In this document: piece by piece, positions 50,209-59,968 of the stretch
Numbering within the stretch: position 1 is the stretch's first letter
Layout of the letters: each line of letters opens with the position of its first letter
The notes under the pieces: generated by a model
What the model saw: the letters and a program-made list of their open reading frames with translations, nothing else
The model's database searches: none
Told to the model about the DNA's origin: nothing
Made by a program: the position numbers and the translations under genes
NCBI GenBank assembly: GCA_035635575.1
Contig: DASQAV010000131.1
Span: forward strand, 9,860-73,859
DNA: 64,000 nucleotides
Reading direction: 5' to 3'
Source of the DNA: Candidatus Dormiibacterota bacterium
GTDB taxonomy: Bacteria; Eisenbacteria; RBG-16-71-46; SZUA-252

Positions 50209-51890
50209 TGACGCAGCGTCCAGATCCGTCTCAACCCAGAGACCCCAGCGCGTCCGAAATGCCCGAGATCGACCCTCTTGAGCGGCTCAGCAGGGGCTTG
50301 ACGCAGTGGGAGCGGGAACTGTTGCAGGAGCCACGGTCGCCCTCGCGGCCGCGTACCGTAACCGACCTCGATCGCATCACGCACGTCCTCCAGGCAGCGC
50401 GATCCGTCACCGGCACCCTCGATATCAATGAGCTCCTGATCCGCGTCGTCGACGCCGTGATCCAGGTGGCCGAAGCCGACCGCGGATTCCTCATGCTCAT
50501 GCACGAGGACGGAAAGCTCCGCTTCGAGGTCGCGCGCAACAAGGACGAGACCACCCTTCCTTCCGACGAATTCCAGATTTCCTGGGGCATCGCCGAGGAA
50601 GCGGCGCACCGCCGGGAAACGGTCTGGGTCGCCGACGCGATGGGCTCCTCGCTCTTCGCGGAGCGGAAGAGCGTTCGCGAGCTCTCCCTCCGCACCGTGG
50701 TCGCGCTCCCGATCCTGAGCAGCGGGCGCGTGCTCGGCGTGCTCTACATCGATTCCCATTCCGTCACGCACGAATTCACTCCGGACACCATCACGCTGCT
50801 CGAGGCATTCGGGGCGCTCTGCGCCGTGGCGCTCGAGAACGCGCGCATGCACGAGGCGCTGCGGGATTCCAAGAGCCGCCTGGAGATCGAGAACCAGAAT
50901 CTGCGGCGCGCCCTCAAAGAGGATTTCCGCTACGGGCTCCTGGTGGGGCGCAGCCCGAAGATGCTCCGGGTGATCGAATTGCTGGAGAAGGTGATCCCGA
51001 CCCAGGTCTCGGTGCTCGTCCAGGGAGAGACCGGCACGGGGAAGGAGCTGATCGCTCGGGCGATCCACATGAACGGTCCGCGCCGCGAAAAGAGCTTCGT
51101 CGCGGTGAACTGCGGCGCCCTTCCCGAGAACCTCCTCGAGAGCGAGCTCTTCGGCTACAAGAAGGGCGCCTTCACGGGCGCCACGGAGGACCGGCCCGGG
51201 CTCTTCGAGGCCGCCGATGCCGGCACGATCTTCCTCGATGAGGTGGGGGAGATGCCCGCGTCTCTGCAAGTGAAGCTCCTCCGCGTCCTGCAAGACGGCC
51301 ACATCCGCCGCGTGGGCGACACGGTCTCGCGCAAGGTGGACGTGCGCCTGGTCGCCGCGACCAACCGCGACCTCAAGGCCGAGGTCGAGGGCGGCCGGTT
51401 CCGGCAGGATCTCTTCTTTCGTATCAACGTCGTGCCGCTCGAGCTGCCGGCGCTCCGCGAACGAGGGGAGGACGTGCTCCTCCTGGCGCAGCACTTCCTC
51501 GATCAATTCGCCAAGCAGCAGCAGCGGAAGCTCCGCGGCCTGACCCCGGAGTCGCGCGAGCTCCTGCTCCGGCATCCCTGGCCGGGGAACGTGCGCGAGC
51601 TGGAAAACGCCATGGCACGCGCCGTGGCGCTGGCCGACGAGGGCGCCTCGCTGGAGCCTTCGCTCTTCGGGCTCGGGGCGCCCGTCACGCGCCGCTGGGA
51701 CGGGCAGCACACGCTGCGGGAGACCCTCGACGCGGTCGAGGCGGATACGATCCGCGAGGCGCTACGGCAGTGCGACCAGAATGTTTCACGCGCGGCACGC
51801 GCGCTGGGCGTGAGCCGGCAGCACCTTCACAATCGGATGAACTCGCACGGCATTCGCCGCTCGCGGGTCATGAACGAGCCGGCCGCATAG
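50209..51890 (+). CDS. Sigma54-dependent transcriptional activator (GAF sensor domain, AAA+ sigma54-interaction domain, Fis-type HTH)
   Basis: Walker [15 protein letters not shown] loop ([10 protein letters not shown]), Walker B/ESELFG, arginine finger region, C-terminal HTH ([19 protein letters not shown]). N-terminal GAF-like domain. Start at ATG 50209 with SD-like aaggggtgggg. Confidence 0.85.
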
Positions 51891-51907
51891 CGGCGAAAGA
51901 AACCCGA

Positions 51908-52930
51908 GTGGCGCCTCACGTCGAGCGCCGGCTCGCTTCGCTCCGCGCGATTCTCATGCAGAGCGACGCCGAGATCCGCGCACAGTACCCCGAATATTTC
52001 CTCACGTACTATACGTATCTCCGCATCCTCCGGAATCCCGCCCGCATCGAGCACGTCTTCCAGAAAGCCCACGACATGTACCGGTACCTGGAAGCGGAGG
52101 GGAAGGACGTCCTGGACCTGGGCGCGGGGTTCGGCATCGAGGCGCTCCTGGTCGCGATCTATGGAGCGCGCCGGGTGGTCGCCACGGAGATCGATCATGA
52201 CATGGTGGAGGTCGGGCGGTACCTCGCCGAGCGGATGGATCCGCCCATGGCCAATTTCGAATCGAAGTACGGGGACGGGATCTCGATGCAGCTCCCCTCC
52301 GGTAGCTTCGACGGGATCATGACCAACTGCGTGATCTCCCACGTGCGCGACCTCGAGGGGTTCCTGGCCGAGACGACCCGGCTCCTCCGGCCGGGGGGAA
52401 TCTTCTTCCTGAGCGACGAGAACAATTCCCTCTACCTGCCCGCGCGTCCGCGGCGGCGCCGGGGATGGCGCAGTATGGAGGCCGAGCCGGATGGCCCCTG
52501 GTTCCAAGTGCGCATGGCGTACATCGGGGAGCACGTTCCCCAGCTCAGCGGAAACGAATTGCTGGAAGCGACGCGGATCACGCGGGGGCTCGTGGGCAAG
52601 GACATCATGGACGCCGTCCGCGACTATCGGGAATCGCGCCGTCTCCCGACCCGGCCCGCCTTCCTCTACCGGCATCCGATCGACGGCCAGTACCCCGAGC
52701 GGGAGCTCAACCCCTACTGGCTCATGCGCAAGTTCCGGGACCAAGGCCTCACTCCGGAGCTTCTTCCCGCGTTCTTTTCCCGGGGGATCGAGAACCATCC
52801 CCGGCAATGGGTGAAGGACGTTCTTCGCCTTCTCTGCACCGCGTGCCCCGCGCTTTCGGTCTACGTCTGGCCCATCATGAGGCTGCGGGGAAGAAAACCC
52901 GTGTTGACACCTTCCGCCGGCGTCTCCTAG
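51908..52930 (+). CDS. Class I SAM-dependent methyltransferase
   Basis: Motif I VLDLGAGFGIEAL. Post-I acidic residue (VATEID). Motif II-like (FDGIMTNCVISHV) and motif III (LRPGGIFFLSDE). GTG start at 51908 chosen because the tracked upstream Met lies inside the activator gene. Confidence 0.6.
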   Translation: MAPHVERRLASLRAILMQSDAEIRAQYPEYFLTYYTYLRILRNPARIEHVFQKAHDMYRYLEAEGKDVLDLGAGFGIEALLVAIYGARRVVATEIDHDMVEVGRYLAERMDPPMANFESKYGDGISMQLPSGSFDGIMTNCVISHVRDLEGFLAETTRLLRPGGIFFLSDENNSLYLPARPRRRRGWRSMEAEPDGPWFQVRMAYIGEHVPQLSGNELLEATRITRGLVGKDIMDAVRDYRESRRLPTRPAFLYRHPIDGQYPERELNPYWLMRKFRDQGLTPELLPAFFSRGIENHPRQWVKDVLRLLCTACPALSVYVWPIMRLRGRKPVLTPSAGVS

Positions 52931-52940
52931 TCTCGCGCCG

Positions 52941-54149
52941 ATGCGAACCGGCCTCCTGAGCCGCGCCCGCGAGCGCCGACCGCAATTCGCAGCGCCGCTC
53001 CTCGCGTCGCTTCTCGTTCTCCTTTCCTCTCCCGCGTTCGCCGCATCCCCCGAGACCTCGCCGCCTCCTGCCGCGGATCTTCCCGCCCCCACGGGCTTCT
53101 CCGCGAAGGATCGCCCCGGGGATTCTGGGAACGCGACCTTGCTGACGTGGAAGGATCCGTCCGGGGTGCCCGAAGGCGCGATGATCCAGATCCGCCGCGC
53201 GGTTCCGCCCGCGTACGACTGGACCGACATCGCGACGGTGAAGCTGGGTGTGGAGCGTTACGAGGACACGACGGCGAAAGACGGCGTTGTCTACCGCTAC
53301 GAGATCGCGGTAACCGTTCCCGCCGCTGGAGTTTCGGGCCCGCCGGTCGTGAGCGACCCCGTTGCCTCGCACGACAACTGGTTCAGCAAGGACCGCACGA
53401 ATTCCTTCATCGCCTCGGTCCTCTTCATCTTCATCCTCCTGATCTCCATCACGATGGCGAAATCGGGGAAGAACATCTTCATCCGGCGCATTGCGGGGTT
53501 GAACGCCATCGACGAGGCGATCGGGCGCGCCACCGAGGTCGGGAAGAAGGTGCTCTACATTCCCGGGATCCAGAGCATGGACGAGATCCAGACCATCGCC
53601 TCGATCTCGATCCTGGGCCACGTGGCGCGCGCGACCGCGCGCTACGGTGCGGACCTGGACGTCGCGAATCGCGACCCGCTCACGTTTGCCTCGGCACGCG
53701 AGGTGGTGCGCTCGGCCTACCTCGAGGAGGGACGACCCGACCTCTTTCGCGAGGAGATGGTGAACTACGTCACGTACGACCAGTTCGCGTTCACCGCCGC
53801 GGTATCCGCGCGGATGATCCGGGAGAAACCGGCGGCGATCTTCCTCATCGGGTACTTCTTCGCCGAATCGCTCATCCTCGCTGAAACGGGGCAATCCACC
53901 GGGGCCATCCAGATCGCCGGCCAGGCGGACCCGACCCAGCTCCCGTTCTTCGTCGCGACCTGCGACTACACGCTCATCGGCGAGGAGCTCTACGCGGCGA
54001 GCGCCTACCTCACGCGCGAGCCGATCCTCCTGGGCTCGATGCGCGCCCAGGATATCGCCAAGGGCATCGTCATCGTGCTCGGGATCGGGGGCATCATCGT
54101 GACGAGCCTGGGCCTGACCTGGTTCCCGGACCTCTTCAAGACCAAATGA
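52941..54149 (+). CDS. Uncharacterised protein: signal peptide, FN3-like domain, TM helix, about 230-aa internal domain, C-terminal TM helix
   Basis: Signal peptide (LLASLLVLLSSPAFAASP). FN3-like segment (PAPTGFS…LLTWKDP…YRYEI). Hydrophobic helices FIASVLFIFILLISITMA and IVIVLGIGGIIVTSLGLTWF. No recognisable catalytic motif. Confidence 0.5.
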   Translation: MRTGLLSRARERRPQFAAPLLASLLVLLSSPAFAASPETSPPPAADLPAPTGFSAKDRPGDSGNATLLTWKDPSGVPEGAMIQIRRAVPPAYDWTDIATVKLGVERYEDTTAKDGVVYRYEIAVTVPAAGVSGPPVVSDPVASHDNWFSKDRTNSFIASVLFIFILLISITMAKSGKNIFIRRIAGLNAIDEAIGRATEVGKKVLYIPGIQSMDEIQTIASISILGHVARATARYGADLDVANRDPLTFASAREVVRSAYLEEGRPDLFREEMVNYVTYDQFAFTAAVSARMIREKPAAIFLIGYFFAESLILAETGQSTGAIQIAGQADPTQLPFFVATCDYTLIGEELYAASAYLTREPILLGSMRAQDIAKGIVIVLGIGGIIVTSLGLTWFPDLFKTK

Positions 54150-54946
54150 ACTTCGAATTCGGACGCGTCGCTCTCGTCGTGCTCTTCGCCCTCCTGCCGA
54201 TCGTGGGGATCGCGCTCGGCTTCTTCGTTCCGGCCCTCCGCGCGCGGGGGCCGCTCTTCGTGGCCTTCTTCGCCGGTATCATCCCGATTCTTTCGCTCTA
54301 CATTCCGAGGCAATTCCTCTCGGGCGAGACGGGGATGAGACCGAGGCTCGACCAGTGGCTCATCATCGTCTACGGGTTCGCGCTCCTGCTCGGGATCGTG
54401 AACGTAATCCAGAATGGATCGCGCAAGATCGCCCGCCGCGAGAAGGGATGGCCCTACTCCGCCGTGCTGATGACAGGCCTGTTCCTCACGGGAGGGCTGG
54501 GCATCTGGGGGGCGGTCTCGGGGCAGGGGATCACGACGCTCCCGGACGGATCGGGAACGCCCTTCAAGTGGATCGCGGATCATTTCTTCCTGCCGCTCCA
54601 GGCCACCATCTTCGCGCTCCTCGCGTTCTTCATGGCCTCGGCCGCATTCCGCGCGTTCCGCGCCAGAAACACCGAGGCCACCATCCTCCTCGCCGCCGGC
54701 ATCGTCGTCATGGCGGGCCGCGTTCCCTTGCTCGAGTTCCTGTCGTCTCCGTTCCCCCCGCTTCAGCCCACCGCGGCGGTCGCGAGTCAGGGGTTGGGGA
54801 AGCTGACCGAGTGGATCATGAGCACCCCCAACGGCGCGGCCCAGTCGGGCATCATCATCGGCGCGGCGCTCGGCGCCGCCTCGATGGCAATCCGAGTCAT
54901 CCTCGGGATCGAGCGTGGGTACCTGGGTCTCGGAGGAGGGGAGTAG
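54146..54946 (+). CDS. Uncharacterised polytopic membrane protein (about 7 TM)
   Basis: ATG overlaps the previous stop (ATGA). 266 aa, almost entirely hydrophobic helices. No recognised motif. Confidence 0.5.
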   Translation: MNFEFGRVALVVLFALLPIVGIALGFFVPALRARGPLFVAFFAGIIPILSLYIPRQFLSGETGMRPRLDQWLIIVYGFALLLGIVNVIQNGSRKIARREKGWPYSAVLMTGLFLTGGLGIWGAVSGQGITTLPDGSGTPFKWIADHFFLPLQATIFALLAFFMASAAFRAFRARNTEATILLAAGIVVMAGRVPLLEFLSSPFPPLQPTAAVASQGLGKLTEWIMSTPNGAAQSGIIIGAALGAASMAIRVILGIERGYLGLGGGE

Positions 54947-54947
54947 C

Positions 54948-55832
54948 GTGGCGCGATTCTTCGACAAGTTGCTGAATCTGGACCGGCGCTGGCTCTTCCT
55001 TCTCGTGTTCCTAGGCGTTGCTGTTCCCATCATCCTGCCGATCGGCCTGCCCGTGACCACGACCGGCCCAACCCGCTCCGCCTTCGAATATATCGAGGCC
55101 TTGAAGCCCGGCGACTACGTCATCATCTCTTTCGATTACGGTCCCTCCTCCGCTCCTGAGAACGACCCGATGGCCGAGGGGATCATGCGGCAGTGCTTCC
55201 TCAAGAAAATCCGCGTGGTGGTCATCGTGCTCTACCAGCTTGGGGGACTCCAGCTCGCGAGCAATTCCGTCGCCAAGGTCTCGGCGGAATTCCCCAATCT
55301 CAAATATGGCGTGGACTATGTGAACCTGGGCTACAAGGACGGGGCCGCGGCGGTCATGAAGCGGATGGGGGACGACATCGCGGGCGCCTTTCCGACCGAC
55401 GTGCGCGGCACACCGCTCTCCCAGATTCCCATCATGAAGGGGCTGAGAAGCCTCCGTCAGGTAAGCGTGGTCGTCACCGTCGCCACCGGGCTCATCGGCG
55501 AGTACTGGATCACGCAGGCCCACCAGCAGAGCGGCGTGCCGGTAATCGTCGGTCCGACCGCCGTGGGCGCGCCGAAGTACTACGCCTACCTGAACGCGGG
55601 GCAGCTGGTGGGGATGCTCGGTGGGATGAAGGGGGCCGCGGAATACGAGAAGCTTCTCGCCGCGCGCTACCCGGAGCTGGGGCGCTTCTACAAGACGACC
55701 CGCGCGTTCACCGCCACGAAGGGGATGGACGCCCAGACCGTCATCCACTTCGTCATCATCCTGTTCATCCTGATCGGGAACATCGCATTCATGAGCCGCC
55801 GCGCAGCGCAGAAGAAGGCGGCTGCGCGATGA
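54948..55832 (+). CDS. Uncharacterised bitopic protein (N-terminal TM, about 210-aa extracytoplasmic domain, C-terminal TM + basic tail)
   Basis: GTG at 54948 immediately after the previous stop. TM helix WLFLLVFLGVAVPIILPIGL and C-terminal VIHFVIILFILIGNIAFM. The tracked Met (54915) would overlap the upstream gene. Confidence 0.45.
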   Translation: MARFFDKLLNLDRRWLFLLVFLGVAVPIILPIGLPVTTTGPTRSAFEYIEALKPGDYVIISFDYGPSSAPENDPMAEGIMRQCFLKKIRVVVIVLYQLGGLQLASNSVAKVSAEFPNLKYGVDYVNLGYKDGAAAVMKRMGDDIAGAFPTDVRGTPLSQIPIMKGLRSLRQVSVVVTVATGLIGEYWITQAHQQSGVPVIVGPTAVGAPKYYAYLNAGQLVGMLGGMKGAAEYEKLLAARYPELGRFYKTTRAFTATKGMDAQTVIHFVIILFILIGNIAFMSRRAAQKKAAAR

Positions 55833-56470
55833 CGCCCATGCCCGATATCGGGACCTGGGTCGCGGCGCTCCTCACGCTCTTTGCGTTCTCGTTCCTCTAC
55901 AAGGACAACCCTCTATTCCGATTCACCGAGAGCCTGTTCGCCGGGGTCTCGCTGGGGTACTACGTGGGGACGACGCTGAACCAGACGCTGGTTCCGAACC
56001 TCATCAAGCCCCTGACCCACGACTTCAACCAGAACTGGGATCTCCTGGTGCCGGGACTTCTGGGCCTGCTGCTCTACATGCGTTACGTGCCCAAGACCGG
56101 ATGGGTTGCCCGCTACGCGCTCGGGATCTACGTCGCCTACTACATCGGTCTCGATTTCACGAGGCGCATCCACGGCGAGGTGCTGCCGCAGCTGGGGCGG
56201 GCCATCGTTCCGCTCTCGCACCTGGACGGGCACACGATCTTCTATTCCCTGATCTTCGCGATCGGCGTATTCAGCGTGCTGATCTATTTCTTCTTCTCCA
56301 AGGAGCAGGACCAGGTCACGCGGCGCATCGCGCGCGTGGGCATCTGGTTCCTCATGGTCTCCTTTGGAGCGGCCTTCGGATTCACGGTCATGGGGCGCGT
56401 CGCGCTCCTCATCGGCCGCCTCAATTTCCTGATCCTGGATTGGATTTACCCCCTGATCGGAATCCGGTAA
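55829..56470 (+). CDS. Uncharacterised polytopic membrane protein (about 5-6 TM)
   Basis: ATG overlaps the previous stop (ATGA). 213 aa. The tracked ORF from 55193 is an out-of-gene 5' extension. Confidence 0.5.
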   Translation: MTPMPDIGTWVAALLTLFAFSFLYKDNPLFRFTESLFAGVSLGYYVGTTLNQTLVPNLIKPLTHDFNQNWDLLVPGLLGLLLYMRYVPKTGWVARYALGIYVAYYIGLDFTRRIHGEVLPQLGRAIVPLSHLDGHTIFYSLIFAIGVFSVLIYFFFSKEQDQVTRRIARVGIWFLMVSFGAAFGFTVMGRVALLIGRLNFLILDWIYPLIGIR

Positions 56471-56494
56471 CATCCGGGTAACCGGTCCGCGCGT

Positions 56495-57193
56495 TCAGGG
56501 TTTCTTTCCCGCCGCGGCCGATGCCTCGAAGTTGACCATCGGTACCGTGTTCTTGTTCCCGGCGGGATATTCCACGGTCACGATGTCGCGCAGCGCGGCG
56601 ATGCGCTGCGTCAGCCCGGCGACCGTCTCGGTCGCGGCGCGGATCCGGGCCACCTTGTCGCGCGCGTCCGCCGGAAGCCCCGGATGGACGTGGAGCAGCT
56701 GGGCATTTCCCTGGATCACTTGCAGCGGATTGTTGATCTCGTGGTTCAGCGCCACCGCCATCGCCGACACCGCCTTCATCCGCTCGATCCGAAGACGCTC
56801 CTCGCTGGCCTGGTGCAGCGCGATCGCGTTCCGCACCTTCAACGGAATCTGAAAGCGAATGTCACACTCCGACAGGGGCTTCGTGAAGTAGTCGATCGCT
56901 CCCAGCTCCAGACTCCGCTGGATGTCGTCCTGCGCCGTGGACGCGCTGGCCACGATGAAGGGGATTCTCGCGAGCGTCTCGCTCTTGCGCATCGTGAGGA
57001 TGACGTCGAAGCCGTTCGGGTGGGGCATCATCAGATCCAGAAGCAGGAGATCGACCCGCTGGGTCTCCATGATCTGGAGCGCCTGCTCGCCGCTCTCCGC
57101 CTCCAGGAAGTTGTAATCCCCCTGGCGCAGCACCATGCGCAGGAGCTTCCGGCTATGGGCCTCGTCGTCAACGACCAGTAGGTGGAACGGCAT
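56495..57193 (-). CDS. Response-regulator receiver domain fused to a HisKA (DHp) domain, lacking an ATPase domain
   Basis: REC motifs (LLVVDDE…DLLLLDLMMP…, K in FTKPL). C-terminal H-box HEINNPLQVIQGNAQLL, with no N/G1/G2 boxes following. 232 aa. Confidence 0.7.
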   Translation of the reverse strand: MPFHLLVVDDEAHSRKLLRMVLRQGDYNFLEAESGEQALQIMETQRVDLLLLDLMMPHPNGFDVILTMRKSETLARIPFIVASASTAQDDIQRSLELGAIDYFTKPLSECDIRFQIPLKVRNAIALHQASEERLRIERMKAVSAMAVALNHEINNPLQVIQGNAQLLHVHPGLPADARDKVARIRAATETVAGLTQRIAALRDIVTVEYPAGNKNTVPMVNFEASAAAGKKP

Positions 57194-57596
57194 GGCTCCT
57201 CTTCGAGATCAGCGTTTCGATCCGTGCGAGCAGATCGTCCGCACTCACGATGGGTTTCGAGACGTAGTCGTCCGCGCCACTCTCTTTCAGGAACTTCTCC
57301 CGGGACCCCTTCATCGCGTGCGCGGTCGCGAGCAGCACCGGCACGTGGCGGGTGGCGGGATCGCTCTTCAGCCTTCGCGTGATCTGGAGCCCGTCGACCG
57401 GCTTGCCGTCCAGGTGGCTGTTCGAGAGCGACACGTCCATGATGACCAGATCCACGCTCCCGGCCTTGATCTCCTGGATGACCCGCAGGGGGTCCTCCGT
57501 GATCTCGATCACGTAATTGCCCTTCCGCGTCAGGATCAGCTGGAAGAGCTTGGCGTTCATCGGGTCGTCTTCGACGATCATGATTCGTTGAGGCAT
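57168..57596 (-). CDS. Single-domain response regulator (CheY-like)
   Basis: IMIVEDDPMN, phospho-acceptor region DLVIMDVSL, T/S and K (SKPI) positions. 142 aa. Overlaps the start of the downstream REC-HisKA gene. Confidence 0.8.
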   Translation of the reverse strand: MPQRIMIVEDDPMNAKLFQLILTRKGNYVIEITEDPLRVIQEIKAGSVDLVIMDVSLSNSHLDGKPVDGLQITRRLKSDPATRHVPVLLATAHAMKGSREKFLKESGADDYVSKPIVSADDLLARIETLISKRSHAVPPTGR

Positions 57597-59896
57597 TCGT
57601 CCCTCGCTGTGCCCGACTCCGCCCGGGGTGGTGCCGCCGGGAACGTCAGGCTGACCCGCGTTCCCTTGCCCGCTCCCTCGCTGACCATCGCGATCTTTCC
57701 GCCCATCCGCTGGACCAGAGACTTCGTGATCACCAGGCCGAGCCCGGCACCCTGGTGGCGCCGCTTGTAGGATCCATCGACCTGCGAGAACTTCACGAAG
57801 AGGCGCGCCTGATCCTCCCTGGCGACCCCGATGCCGGTGTCTTCGATGACAATCCGGATCTCGTCGGGGAACTCGTGCCTGGACGCTCGCACCCTCACCC
57901 CTCCCTTATCGGTGAACTTGACCGCGTTCCCAAGCAGGTTCAGGAGCACCTGGCGGAGGCGTGCCGGATCAAGCTGCATCTCCAGGGGGTACGAGGGCGT
58001 ATCGGCGGTGAGCCCGATCCCCTTGCGGGCCGCCGCGGGGCGCAGCGTGTCCACCGCCGCCAGGAGGGTCGGCGCCGCATCTCCCGCTTCCAGGGCCATT
58101 TCCAGCTTGCCCGCCTCCACTTTCGCGAGATCCAGGATGTCGTTGATCACCACGAGGAGGTGCTCGGCGCTTTCCCGGATGGAACGGGCGAAGGTCCGGC
58201 CCTCCTTCTCCGATTGGGCGACGCCCTGCTCGAGAAGGGTGGCAAAGCCGATCACGGCGTTGAGGGGAGTGCGGAGCTCGTGGCTCGTGTTGGCCAGGAA
58301 CTCGTTCTTCATGCGACTCCCTTCGGCCAGCTTCTCGTTCGCCGTCTGCAGCTGCTCATTGATCAGCTCCAGCTGCTCGGTTCGGTTCTGGATCACCTCT
58401 TCGCGCTCGCGCCGATCGCTGATGTCGCGGCCGACGATCACCCAGGCGTCCTCGCTCCCCTCGCGGTTCATCGCCTTGGAGACGGTGGCCTCGGCGGGGA
58501 ATTGCCCGCCGCCCACCATGCAGCACGCCAGCTCGCCCTGGAATCCGCCTTGGTCGCCGAGAACCCGGAGCAGGGAGGCGCGGTCGGCGCGATCCAGGGG
58601 AACGAACATGCTCTCGATCTCGCGGCCGCGGAGCTCTTCGTCGGGAGTGTTCCCCAGCGCGCGGCGCGCGGCGGGGTTGGCGTACGTGACCTTGCCCTCG
58701 AGATCGAACCCGACCAGCATCTCGTCGGTGCCGCGCATGTAGGAGGCGAGGAGCTGATCGCGCGATTCGAGCTGGATCCGCTTCAGTCCCTGCGTGAGCT
58801 GGCCCGCGAGCCAGCGGATCAAGGTCACGTCATTGGGAGCGAACTCCCGGGACTCTCCGGCGAAGCACTGCAGCACTCCCGTCGGATTTCCCCGCTCGAG
58901 CAAGGGCACGGAGCACACGCTGGGGCTCGACTGCTCGGGGTCCATCTCCCGGGGCTCGAGCGCGGAGATGCCGCGCATCGCGACGATCGCCAGCGGCCCC
59001 TTCTCGCCGGCGCGGCGGTAGAGCGCCCACTCCTGAAACCCGGTCGCCTCCGCCATCGTGTCCAGCGCGGTCCGGATCAGGTCCCCTTCGCTTCCCGCCC
59101 GCATCATGACCTCGGCCAGCCGGTGGATGCTGAGACGGGCGTGAATGTTCCGGTTCCGTTCCTGCTCGAGATGGCGCTTTCGGTAGCGGTCGTATCCGGT
59201 GAACCCGATTCCGCCCAGCAGGACCACGCACACCGCGATGGCCTCGGCGCGGAAGCGGCGCTCGGATCGAAGGGCGGCCTCCGCCCCCACGTCGACCACC
59301 AGGACCGCGACCGCCTTGCCCTCCTTGTCCCGGATGGGTGCGTAGCCTCCGAGCCAGCTTCCGTGCCGATCCTCGAAGGGCGCGGGGTCCGCGGTGGGAC
59401 CGGACATGCCGTGCTGGACTTGCGGGCGCGCTACGGCGTTGAAGAGGTCCCCACGATGGATCTGCTCCTTGGGATCCGCCACGGCGTCGAGCGCGAACCG
59501 CCAGTTCCTGGAACGCGGCCCCGGCGTGAGCACGAAGATCCTTCTCACGTCGGGGTTGGCCTGCCGCGCGGCGATCAGCCGGGCGCAGAGCTCGCCATAT
59601 TGCGGGGTGGTCTCGTCCGTCCGCGAGCCGAGCGCCTGAAGCTCATCGGCCGGAATGCCTCCCGCGATCGTCGCCGCGAGGGCGGCCACCCGGACGCGCC
59701 CCTCCTGGTGGAGCCGCTCGCTGAGATACGCGGTCAGCGCGCAGACGAGCGCGACCGTGAGGGTCGCGGTGAGCGCCGTGAGCCACGCGTAATGCGCGCG
59801 AATCTTCCCGATGTTCTGCGGGCTTCCCGGCGTGGACGCGGCAGACTGGGACTCCGGCCGCCCCGGCTTGCTCGAGGCAATATGGCTCTCTGGCAA
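57578..59896 (-). CDS. Membrane sensor histidine kinase (periplasmic sensor domain, GAF, PAS, HisKA, HATPase_c)
   Basis: N-terminal TM. Extracytoplasmic roughly 170-aa domain. Second TM. H-box NTSHELRTPLNAVIGF. N box LLNLLGNAVKFT. G1 EDTGIG. G2 GAGLGLVI. 772 aa. Confidence 0.8.
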   Translation of the reverse strand: MPESHIASSKPGRPESQSAASTPGSPQNIGKIRAHYAWLTALTATLTVALVCALTAYLSERLHQEGRVRVAALAATIAGGIPADELQALGSRTDETTPQYGELCARLIAARQANPDVRRIFVLTPGPRSRNWRFALDAVADPKEQIHRGDLFNAVARPQVQHGMSGPTADPAPFEDRHGSWLGGYAPIRDKEGKAVAVLVVDVGAEAALRSERRFRAEAIAVCVVLLGGIGFTGYDRYRKRHLEQERNRNIHARLSIHRLAEVMMRAGSEGDLIRTALDTMAEATGFQEWALYRRAGEKGPLAIVAMRGISALEPREMDPEQSSPSVCSVPLLERGNPTGVLQCFAGESREFAPNDVTLIRWLAGQLTQGLKRIQLESRDQLLASYMRGTDEMLVGFDLEGKVTYANPAARRALGNTPDEELRGREIESMFVPLDRADRASLLRVLGDQGGFQGELACCMVGGGQFPAEATVSKAMNREGSEDAWVIVGRDISDRREREEVIQNRTEQLELINEQLQTANEKLAEGSRMKNEFLANTSHELRTPLNAVIGFATLLEQGVAQSEKEGRTFARSIRESAEHLLVVINDILDLAKVEAGKLEMALEAGDAAPTLLAAVDTLRPAAARKGIGLTADTPSYPLEMQLDPARLRQVLLNLLGNAVKFTDKGGVRVRASRHEFPDEIRIVIEDTGIGVAREDQARLFVKFSQVDGSYKRRHQGAGLGLVITKSLVQRMGGKIAMVSEGAGKGTRVSLTFPAAPPRAESGTARDECLNES

Positions 59897-59968
59897 CGTA
59901 CCTCCCTTTCCGCGTACCTATCGGACGGTGGTGCAAGGAACTACAGCGAAAAGGAAGGGTTTTAGGCA

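Noticed and set aside
52900-52940. TTGACA at 52904 upstream of the first uncharacterised membrane gene, as a sigma70 promoter
   Set aside because: No acceptable -10 hexamer at 16-18 nt spacing (ctagtc), and it lies within the methyltransferase coding sequence. Insufficient to call.
56471-56494. Short palindrome CCGG-gtaa-CCGG between convergent genes (56470/56495)
   Set aside because: A 4-bp stem is too weak to call a bidirectional terminator.
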